Position numbers and translations under genes: made by a program. From the NCBI RefSeq assembly GCF_902652985.1, contig NC_047022.1, forward strand, positions 37,138,001 to 37,202,000: DNA of 64,000 nucleotides. Direction: 5' to 3'. The stretch is from Pecten maximus. Taxonomy: Eukaryota. Under the pieces are notes generated by a model. That model was given only the letters and a program-made list of their open reading frames with translations. It searched no databases and was not told the origin of the DNA. Of the stretch, positions 15,001 to 27,000 are shown piece after piece. The first letter of the stretch is position 1, and every line of letters begins with the position of its first letter.

Positions 15001-18000
15001 CCGATCGCGACAAAATTGTTCAACTGTCACAAGTAAAAAGATCGCACAACAGCATTTCCTTGTGCCCAACTCCGTCCGATGTCACAAGATCGGTGTTTTA
15101 TGGATCCACAATCAGTGGGGGAACATTTAACATCCATTTCCACAGCCATAATGACAACACAAAGTCGATTTCAAAGCGACCTCGTGTGATTTACTCCGAG
15201 TCGGACAGTGATGAGTGAGTGACGTCACCCCACGTGAAATGGATGAATGGAAATGTGTGCATATTTCCCGCGGTTTTTTTGACATGTGTACTTGTTTACA
15301 AACAGACGGAGATCGTCGATGGGAAAACACATAAAGAAAAGAGGTGGGAGAAAAATAATCATTCCCTACCTTGAGGGTGTAACAAAGAAATCTCAACCTT
15401 CGGGGGAGATTCTTGAATGTCCAAACCCTCGGCAAGCCTCGGGTTGGACATTCAAGAATCTCCCCCTCAGGTTGAGATTTCTCTGTCACACTCTCAAGGT
15501 AGGGAAAGATTCTATTAGTTATTATGTACAAGTTCTGTGTGATAAGTCTGTTATTATGTACAAATCTCTTTTTTCACTAACGTGTTGTTTTAGATGCCAG
15601 GATGTGAATATGAGTTTGGAGACATGAATCCACCGATCCATGCTTGGTCAGTACTGAAGGCGTACAGATATAGTGGGTCAGATGATAAGGACTTCTTACA
15701 ACAGGCTCTGGACAGGCTCAGACTAAACTACCACTGGTATGTATATATCAGGTACCCAAGGCCTTCTACAGGCTCAGTCTAAACTTCCAAAGCCTTCCAC
15801 AGGCTCAGTCAAAACTACCACTGGTAAATATATATCAGGTACCCAAGGCCTTCTACAGGCTCAGTCTAAACTTCCAAAGCCTTCCACAGGCTCAGTCAAA
15901 ACTACCACTGGTAAATATATATCAGGTACCCAAGGCCTTCCACAGGCTCAGTCTAAACTACCACTGGTACATATATATCAGGTATCCAAGGCCTTCTACA
16001 GGCTCAGTCTAAACTACCACTGGTACATATATATGAGGTTCCCAAGGCCTTCTACAGGCTCAGTCTAAACTACCACTGGTATGTATATATCAGGTACCCA
16101 AGGCCTTCCACAGACTCAGTCTAAACTACCACTGGTATGTATATATGAGGTTCCCAAGGCCTTCTACAGGCTCAGTCTAAACTACCACTGGTATATATAT
16201 ATGAGGTTCCCAAGGCCTTCTACAGGCTCAGTCTAAACTACGACTGGTACATATATATGAGGTTACCCAAGGCCTTCTACAGGCTCAGTCTAAACTACCA
16301 CTGGTATATATATATCAGGTACCCAAGGCCTTCTACAGGCTCAGTCTAAACTACTGCTGGTACATATATATGAGGTTCCCAAGGCCTTCTACAGGCTCAG
16401 TCTAAACTACCACTGGTATGTATATATCAGGTATCCAAGGCCTTCTACAGGCTCAGTCTAAACTACCACTGGTATATATACAGTAAAACTCGGATAAGTC
16501 GAAGTCGACGGGACCAAGCAAAATATTCGACTTATCCGATGGTTCGACTTATCCGTGTTTGTATACGGAGACAAAACCCAACTTTCATCGGTTGTATGCA
16601 GAACAAGTGCTTGCATGATAATATAGTCGAAAATAAGCAATACATAATAACAAAGAAATTAATTAATTGTACATGATAACAATTATTCCTTTATCTAATA
16701 AACAATATTGTGCACAGTTACAGATAAAAACAAAGTTCATGCGTAAAATAGTCTTTGACATAGACACACGATTTACACACGGGAGTCGCAAATGACAGCA
16801 TAATATTCTATGAAAACGTTACATATATTATAAGAATATAAATATATATATTGTACTCATATTATCTATCTTTAAATCCGTTTATATTGTTCTCCAATTT
16901 AACAATATTAAACAATAAACAGTCCGGGAAAATTGATCGACCGTACGCGTGCTGATTTTGTATCAAAGGTGAAGGCCGCGGTCAGTGTTTTATCGGCTGC
17001 ATAATCATGCATTGCCACAATCTTTTGAACAGAGTAAAAACATTCCGCATATCATTGTTACTATTGCATCGTCGTATTCAGAATTTAGGCATATATAGAT
17101 AAATCAATGACAGACAGGTATTTTTCTTTGCATTTTTCGATGGAAGATATGTAATTTATCGTTTACCTTTTCCTTATTTTTTTCGGCGGCCTTGTGCATC
17201 AAAACAGTAAACAGAACACATCGGTTTGTAGACTAAAACGTGCACATTTTATTCTTAGTTATGTATACCTGAACGTTTTACTTCACCTGAGCACCTGTAT
17301 AAACAATTGGATGATGCGTAACCGACAGCCGGAAACTAATAATAGGCTCTGTTTACACCGTTACGGGTGATCGGTCACACTCGGTCAATCAGACGAGGCC
17401 AGCAAATTTTACCTGAGACAGCATGACGCCTCGATGTTCGACACAAAAATGGAAATTTTGGTATAGTTTAGAAGGGAGGGACCACAAAATATATTCGACA
17501 CAACCGCAGTATTCGATTCAACAGTGTTCGAGTCATCCGTGCTTAATTTACTAAGATAAAGAAGGGGAAAAATCGGGACCGAACGAAACGTTCGACTCAT
17601 CCGATGTATTCGATTCAACCGTGTTCAACACAAGTGAGTTTTACTGTATATCAGGTACCCAAGGCCTTCTACAGGCTCAGCCTAAACTACCACTGGTATA
17701 TATATATCAGGTACCCAAGGCCTTCCACAGGCTCAGTCTAAACTACCACTGGTACATATATATGAGGTTCCCAAGGCCTTCTACAGGCTCAGTCTAAACT
17801 ACCACTGGTATATATATATCAGGTATCCAAGGCCTTCTACAGGCTCAGTCTAAACTACCACTGGTATGTATATATCAGGTACCCAAGGCCTTCTACAGGC
17901 TCAGTCTAAACTACCAGTGGTAAATACATCAGACTACCAGTATGCTTGTAAACAGATGAACTATGTTTTATTTCCTCAGGATGTGGACGGAGAAATGTCT

Positions 18001-21000
18001 GTGGAACCAACACATATTTCATGGTGGATTCTTGGGCCTCGACAACATCAGCGCTATAAATAGATCAGCGCAGAGACCTGAGGACACAGAAATGGAACAG
18101 GTGGGCTCTCGTCTGGATAAGTACATGTCACTTTTATCAAATGATGGATCGAGAGCTATGCTGATGTGAAATGTTACCTTTGTTTACCTGAACCTATATT
18201 TAAGATTGATAAAGTCTTTTAAAAAGAACTTCAAGTGAACTTAAGGGGTTTCAATTGACTCAAATACTGTAAAAATGCTGCTTAAGTGCTAATCTTATTT
18301 TGTCATATTTTGCATCAGAAGTATTCTGCTTATTTATGATAGCAGTTTCTGCATATTGTTTTTTTGTAGATAGTATTGTAAATGTGGCAATTAATTATTG
18401 TGCTACTCAATTTAAATTGAAATATTAATATTCCGTCCTATGAGTGAAATATATGTTATATAGGAAACCAGTTATGTCTTCACACCAAAAATAACAACCT
18501 GATTTCTTTACACCTTAAGATATAACTGTGTCTTCACACAAAATATACAGCTCAATGTCTTAACACCTAATCAAATAACCCTGTCTCATATTACCAGGAA
18601 TACAACCCGATGTCTGAATACCTAATGGAATAACCATGTGTCATTTTCAGGCAGATGCTACTGGTTGGATGGCTTTCTTTTCCCTCAACATGATTGAGAT
18701 AGCCCTGGAACTTGGACACACAGACTTGGCTATTTCATTTTTACTGGATTTTGTTAAGGTGTTTCAGGCCTTAAACTTAGATATCGGATGTGGAGGTAGG
18801 TGTCCATTACTGGAGAGTTCCACTACAATTCACCGTCAGCAGATACCATAGGATGTTGTTAATATTAGTTATCTATTGTGTTCTATAGGTGACAATGCAA
18901 AGGTATGTTGTGTGTTGTGGAAATTTCAAAATACTTTTCCGTGCAACGAACCCCTGATTTATTTTTAGGACTGCATGATTCTGCTTCAGTCTCTGATAGG
19001 AAATTTGAACCTGTACCCCCTAAAGCTACAAAAATAGTAATCTAGACAAATTCTTGCTGAAGCTTTAATGGAATATTCTATTAGAGTTGATGCATTGAAA
19101 GGTATTCCTCTCAATATTTCATTATCCCCAGCTTAGGCTTTATGGGGTTAAATAATTATGCACTGATGCAAGTCATCTTGATTTATGTTACTCTGAGTTG
19201 CCTCCCCTTGGCCTAAGAAACTCTGCATTGATTTGGCCAATGAAAAGTTCAGTTTTCTATTCTGAAGAGTGATAGTATGGCAACTTGAAAAAATAAACTA
19301 GAGCTTGACCATTTATATTGATTGAAAATTTTAGTTTTGGAAATTGCTCAATAGGAGTAATCTGGTATAGCTTATCGGAGAGGATAGATGTATTTAGACT
19401 TCATGTTTTTTTCCAAATAGGACTATGGCACAACGAAGACCATTTCTACTATGATGTGTTGTCAAAGAAGGGTCAAAGGTCTGCAATACAGCTGCGTTCA
19501 TTAGTTGGCCTTGTGCCAGTGATAGCCTGCACTGTGATTGGTCAGTCAGCCACCTCGAGGGATCAGCCTTTCTATGATAATCTGGAGCAGTTGTGTCAGG
19601 AACACTCCAATCATGTACATATACTGTATTACAGCTTTGTTCTGGCTTCTCCTCCCAGGATTATGTATGGATTTTAACAAAACTTTGCACATGAATATCA
19701 TGACATGTACTTGTGTCTCTCTGAAAGCTGTTAAATTCCATCATTTTTTACCAGAGTTATTACCCTTGATGCCATTAAGTGTGATGTATCTTGTCTGGAC
19801 AATTCCTGCAAACAAAGTTAACCAATTTCAAAAAAAAACTCCACAAGAATTTTAGGGAATATGTAAAGATGTGCATGCATATTTTTTTTTCAGAAATGTT
19901 GGTTGTCATGGTAACTAAGGTCACTATACACAGGTTTTGTGTAATGGCCAACAGTTTATCAGTCCTTGAATCAATTTTATTCAAACTTGGTTAAGTGGTG
20001 TATTTCGTTAATGCTTATCGCTTAAAACATTTGGTGTTTCTTGAACTGTTACTATAAAAGTATAATGGATAGAGGCATCTGTTTCATCAGAATTGAAGTA
20101 TAACGAAATATAACAGTAAGTATTTAAATGGATAGCAAACACAATGGAGCTATTTTCCAAAACAATAGATGTCATTAGGTTGCCATGGTTGTAAATGAGG
20201 TAGTGGGAGGTATTAGTCAGCCATTGGCTTACAGTTCTAGTCAAACCTTGCCCAGTTTCCCTTCTCTCTCACACTCACATAAGTACCCTATCAATGTGTT
20301 CGGAAACATTTTTTGATAAAGGACATTATTTTTAGATAACATGAATGCTGTATGTATGTTAACAAAACATGTAGGAACAAGTATGTACACTTACAGATAT
20401 GGAAGTTGAAGGATGGACGATTTGCGCTGTCTGTAGTCCCCATCACAAGACTGGAACATATCTTATATTACCTCACTGATGAGAAGGAGTTCCTGTCACC
20501 GTACGGAGTTCGTTCCCTTTCTAAGGTAAACTAAAAATATTTTTGGCCTGTTAATTTGTATGTCACATTTTCAGTATTACTGTGACAGACATGGTAATTT
20601 GTATGTCACATTTTCAGTATTACTGTGACAGACCTGGTAATTTGTTTGTCACATTTTCAATATTACTGTGACAGACCTGGTAATTTCTATGTCACATTTC
20701 AGTATTACTGTGACAGGCCTGGTAATTTGTTTGTCACATTTTCAGTATTACTGTGACAGGCCTGGTAATTTGTATGTCACATTTTCAGTATTACTGTGAC
20801 AGACCTGGTAATTTGTGTGTCACATTTTCAGTATTACTGTGACAGACCTGGTAATTTGTATGTCACAATTTCAGTATTACTGTGACAGGCCTGGTAATTT
20901 GTATGTCACATTTTCAGTATTACTGTGACAGGCCTGGTAATTTGTATGTCACAATTTCAGTATTACTGTGACAGACCTGGTAATTTCTATGTCACATTTC

Positions 21001-24000
21001 AGTATTACTGTGACAGACCTGGTAATTTGTATGTCACATTTTCAGTATTACTGTGACAGACCTGGTAATTTGTATGTCACATTTTCAGTATTACTGTGAC
21101 AGACCGTATGAATTCCAGTCTGGGGACAATCCAGTGAAATACACTCCAGGGGAATCCAACTCAGAAATTTTTGGAGGCAATAGTAATTGGAGAGGCCCTA
21201 TCTGGCTCTGTAGTAAGTAGTAACAAGGCACTCCAAGCCATACAAACACTCGTACACCAAATATACCCACTGGAGTATCCTAAACACTCGTACACCAAAT
21301 ATACCCACTGGAGTATCCTAAACACTCGTACACCAAATATACCCACTGAAGTATCCTAAACACTCGTACACTAAATATACCCACTGGAGTATCCTAAACA
21401 CTCGTACACCAAATATACCCACTGGAGTATCCTAAACACTCGTACACCAAATATACCCACTGAAGTATCCTAAACACTCGTACACCAAATATACCCACTG
21501 AAGTATCCTAAACACTCCTACACCAAATATACCCACTGGAGTATCCTAAACACTCGTACACCAAATATACCCACTGGAGTATCCTAAACACTCGTACACC
21601 AAATATACCCACTGGAGTATCCTAAACACTCGTACACCAAATATACCCACTGGAGTATCCTAAACACTCGTACACCAAATATACCCACTGGAGTATCCTA
21701 AACACTCGTACACCAAATATACCCACTGAAGTATCCTAAACACTCGTACACCAAATATACCCACTGGAGTATCCTAAACACTCGTACACCAAATATACCC
21801 ACTGGAGTATCCTAAACACTCGTACACCAAATATACCCACTGAAGTATCCTAAACACTCGTACACCAAATATACCCACTGAAGTATCCTAAACACTCGTA
21901 CACCAAATATACCCACTGGAGTATCCTAAACACTCGTACACCAAATATACCCACTGGAGTATCCTAAACACTCGTACACCAAATATACCCACTGAGTATC
22001 CTAAACACTCGTACACCAAATATACCCACTGGAGTATCCTAAACACTCGTAAACCAAATATACCCACTGGAGTATCCTAAACACTCGTACACCAAATATA
22101 CCCACTGGAGTATCCTAAACACTCGTACACCAAATATACCCACTGGAGTATCCTAAACACTCGTACACCAAATATACCCACTGGAGTATCCTAAACACTC
22201 GTACACCAAATATACCCACTGAAGTATCCTAAACACTCGTACACCAAATATACCCACTGGAGTATCCTAAACACTCGTACACCAAATATACCCACTGGAG
22301 TATCCTAAACATTCGTACACCAAATATACCCACTGAAGTATCCTGCTATAAGCCATATAGATGTGGTAATGGTGACCTATCTTTAACATGTGTACTTTAC
22401 TTTGGTGCCCTTTAACACAAACGTTCTTCAAGGTGCATGTTTTCTCATATTTGACTAATACATAGAGGATCTTATCATTAATATGTAATAATAACTATGT
22501 ATAACTGTGTGACCTTTAACCTTTACTTACTGTGAACTATATACTGGTAGAAGTCCTACAGACACACCACACTTTGTGTGACCTTTAACCTTTACTTACA
22601 GTGAACTATCTACTGGTGGAAGCTCTGGAGACACACCACAATTTATGTGACCTTTAACCTTTACTTACAGTGAACTATCTACTGTTGGAAGCTCTGGAGA
22701 CACACCACACTTTGTGTGACCTTTAACCTTTACTTACAGTGAACTATCTACTGGTAGAAGTCCTACAGACACACCACACCTTGTGTGATGGAGGTATGAC
22801 TGTGTGACCTTTAACCTTTACTTACAGTGAACTATCTACTGGTGGAAGCTCTGGAGACACACCACACTTTGTGTGATAAAGATATGACTATCCGTGTAAC
22901 ATCTGGACAGACTCTGGACTTACATGCTATTGCCATGGAAATTTGTAATAGAATTGTTGCTCTGTTTATGCCAAAGGATGGAAAAAGACCACTGCATGGT
23001 AATTACATTTTTATACAAAAATGTCAATATTTATTTTCATGTTTTACATGAGCTACATTGTAGAATTTGTTGATTTTGAGATACTTTTATTACATCATAT
23101 GACAAACTATCATACCTCCTATATGTTGATATGTATAACAGATCTGGTTTGTTTGATCAAACAGTTCAGACTTATTTGATTCAAGAGAATATCTGATCTA
23201 TAACTATTTCGGTTAACAGGAGAAGATCTGAAGTATAGCACAGACCCTTTATGGAAAGACCTTATTCTCTTCTATGAATACTTCCATGCTGATACAGGCA
23301 GAGGATGTGGGGCTAGGTAAGTCAGGGGAACCCCTATACAGGCAGAGGATGTGAGGCTAGGTAAGTCAGGGGAACCCCTATACAGACAGAGGATGTGGGG
23401 CAAGGTAAGTCAGGAGAACCCCTATACAGACAGAGGATGTGGGGCTAGGTAAGTCAGGTGAACCCCTATACAGACAGAGGATGTGGGACTAGGTAAGTCA
23501 GGGGAACCCCTATACAGAGGATGTGAGGCTAGGTAAGTCAGGAGAATTCCTGTACAGACAGAGGATGTGAGGCTAGGTAAGTCAGGAGAACCCCTATACA
23601 GGCAGAGGATGTGGGGCTAGGTAAGTCAGGGGAACCCCTATACAGGCAGAGGATGTGGGGCTAGGTAAGTCAGGGGAACCCCTATACAGACAGAGGATGT
23701 GGGACTAGGTAAGTCAGGGGAACCCCTATACAGAGGATGTGAGGCTAGGTAAGTCAGGAGAATTCCTGTACAGACAGAGGATGTGAGGCTAGGTAAGTCA
23801 GGAGAACCCCTATACAGGCAGAGGATGTGGGGCTAGGTAAGTCAGGGGAACCCCTATACAGGCAGAGGATGTGGGGCTAGGTAAGTCAGGGGAACCCCTA
23901 TACAGGCAGAGGATGTGAGGCTAGGTAAGTCAGGAGAACCCCTATACAGGCAGAGGATGTGGGGCTAGGTAAGTCAGGAGAACCCCTATACAGGCAGAGG

Positions 24001-27000
24001 ATGTGGGGCTAGGTAAGTCAGGGGAACCCCTATACAGACAGAAGAGAGGCTAGGTAAGTCAGAGGAACCCCTATACAGACAGAGGATGTGGGGCTAGGTA
24101 AGTCAGGGGAACCCCTATACAGACAGAGGATGTGGGGCTAGGTAAGTCAGGAGAACCCCTATACAGACAGAGGATGTGGGTCTAGGTAAGTCAGGGGAAC
24201 CCCTATACAGACAGAGGATGTGGGGCTAGGTAAGTCAGGAGAACCCCTTTACAGACAGAGGATGTGGGGCTAGGTAAGTCAGGAGAACCCCTATACAGAC
24301 AGAGGATGTGGGGCTAGGTAAGTCAGGGGAACCCCTATACAGACAGAGGATGTGGGACTAGGTAAGTCAGGGGAACCCTTATACAGACAGAGGATGTGGG
24401 GCTAGGTAAGTCAGGGGAACCCTTATACAGACAGAAGAGAGGCTAGGTAAGTCAGAAGAACCCCTATACAGACAGGATGTGGGGCTCGGTAAGTCAGGAG
24501 AACCCCTATACAGACAGGATGTGCATGGGGCTAGGTAAGTCAGGAGAATTCCTATACAGACAGAGGATGTGGGGCTAGGTAAGTCAGGAGAACCCCTATA
24601 CAGACAGAGGATGTGGGGCTAGGTAAGTCAGGAGAACCCCTATACAGACAGAGGATGTGGGGCTAGGTAAGTCAGGAGAACCCCTATACGGACAGAGGAT
24701 GTGGGGCTAGGTAAGTCAGGAGAATTCCTATACAGACCGAGGATGTGAGGCTAGGTAAGTCAGGAGAACCCCTATACAGACAGAGGATGTGGGGCTAGGT
24801 AAGTCAGGAGAACCCCTATACAGACAGAGGATGTGGGGCTAGGTAAGTCAGGAGAACCCCTATACAGAGGATGTGGGGCTAGGTAAGTCAGGGGAACCCC
24901 TATACAGACAGAGGATGTGGGGCTAGGTAAGTCAGGATAACCCCTATACAGACAGAGGATGTGGGGCTAGGTAAGTCAGGAGAACCCCTATACAGAGGAT
25001 GTGGGGCTAGGTAAGTCAGGGGAACCCCTATACAGACAGAGGATGTGGGGCTAGGTAAGTCAGGGGAACCCCTATACAGACAGAAGAGAGGCTAGGTAAG
25101 TCAGGAGAACCCCTATACAGACAGAGGATGTGGGGCTAGGTAAGTCAGGAGAATTCCTATACAGACAGAGGATGTGAGGCTAGGTAAGTCAGGAGAACCC
25201 CTATACAGACAGAGGATGTGGGGCTAGGTAAGTCAGGAGAACCCCTATACAGACAGAGGATGTGGGGCTAGGTAAGTCAGGAGAACCCCTATACAGACAG
25301 AGGATGTGAGGCTAGGTAAGTCAGGAGAACCCCTATACAGACAGAGGATGTGGGGCTAGGTAAGTCAGGAGAATTCCTATACAGACAGAGGATGTGGGGC
25401 TAGGTAAGTCAGGAGAACCCCTATACAGACAGAGGATGTGGGGCTCGGTAAGTCAGGAGAACCCCTATACAGACAGAAGAGAGGCTAGGTAAGTCAGGAG
25501 AACCCCTATACAGACAGAGGATGTGAGGCTAGGTAAGTCAGGGGAACCCCTATACAGACAGAGGATGTGGGGCTAGGTAAGTCAGGGGAACCCCTATACA
25601 GACAGAGGATGTGGGGCTAGGTAAGTCAGGAGAACCCTTATACAGACAGAGGATGTGGGGCTAGGTAAGTCAGGGGAACCCCTATACAGACAGAGGATGT
25701 GGGGGCTAGGTAAGTCAGGAGAACCCCTATACAGACAGAGGATGTCAGGCTAGGTAAGTCAGGGGAACCCCTATACAGACAGAGGATGTGGGGCTAGGTA
25801 AGTCAGGGGAACCCCTATATAAACAGGATGTGGGGCTAGGTAAATCAAGAGAACCCCTATACAAACAGGATGTGGGGCTAGGTAAGTCAGAAGAACCCCT
25901 ATACAGACAGAGGATGTGGGGCTAGGTAAGTCAGGAGAATTCCTGTACAGACCGAGGATGTGGGGCTAGGTAAGTCAGGAGAACCCCTATACAGACAGGA
26001 TGTGGGGCTAGGTAAGTCAGGAGAACCCCTATACAGACCGAGGATGTGGGGCTAGGTAAGTCAGGGGAACCCCTATACAGACAGAGGATGTGGGGCTAGG
26101 TAAGTCAGGAGAATTCCTATACAGACAGAGGATGTGGGGCTAGGTAAGTCAGGAGAACCCCTATAGAGACAGAGGATGTGGGGCTAGGTAAGTCAGGAGA
26201 ATTCCTATACAGACAGAGGATGTGGGGCTAGTTAAGTCAGGAGAACCCCTATACAGACAGAGGATGTGGGGCTAGGTAAGTCAGGGGAACCCCTATACAG
26301 ACAGAGGATGTGGGGCTAGGTAAGTCAGGGGAACCCCTATACAGACAGAGGATGTGGGGCTAGGTAAGTCAGGAGAACCCCTATACAGACAGAGGATGTG
26401 GGGCTAGGTAAGTCAGGAGAACCCCTATACAGACAGAGGATGTGGGGCTAGGTAAGTCAGGAGAACCCCTATACAGACAGAGGATGTGGGGCTAGGTTAG
26501 TCGGGAGAACCCCTATACAGACAGAGGATGTGGGGCTAGGTAAGTCAGGAGAACCCCTATACAGACAGAGGATGTGGGGCTAGGTAAGTCAGGAGAATTC
26601 CTATACAGACAGAGGATGTGGGGCTAGGTAAGTCAGGAGAACCCCTATACAGACAGAGGATGTGGGGCTAGGTAAGTCAGGAGAACCCCTATACAGACAG
26701 AGGATGTGGGGCTAGGTAAGTCAGGGGAACCCCTATACAGACAGAGGATGTGGGGCTAGGTAAGTCAGGAGAACCCCTATACAGACAGGATGTGGGGCTA
26801 GGTAAATCAAGAGAACCCCTATACAAACAGGATGTGGGGCTAGGTAAGTCAGAAGAACCCCTATACAGACAGAGGATGTGGGGCTAGGTAAGTCAGGAGC
26901 ATTCCTGTACAGACCGAGGATGTGGGGCTAGGTAAGTCAGGAGAACCCCTATACAGACAGAGGATGTGGGGCTAGGTAAGTCAGGAGAATTCCTATACAG

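Larger units (their letters stand above)
11374..15515 (+). mobile_element. Crypton-like (tyrosine recombinase) internally deleted element, itself interrupted by a HINE
   Basis: 12-bp inverted repeat TTTCTCCCACCT (11374)/AGGTGGGAGAAA (15342); 5' hairpin about 11438-11483; 3' hairpin with about 65-bp arms 15362-15506; remnant peptide [22 protein letters not shown]. Confidence 0.6.

Noticed and set aside
15127-15627. Two opposite-strand ORFs with similar peptides
   Set aside because: Caused by the long inverted repeat at 15362-15506.
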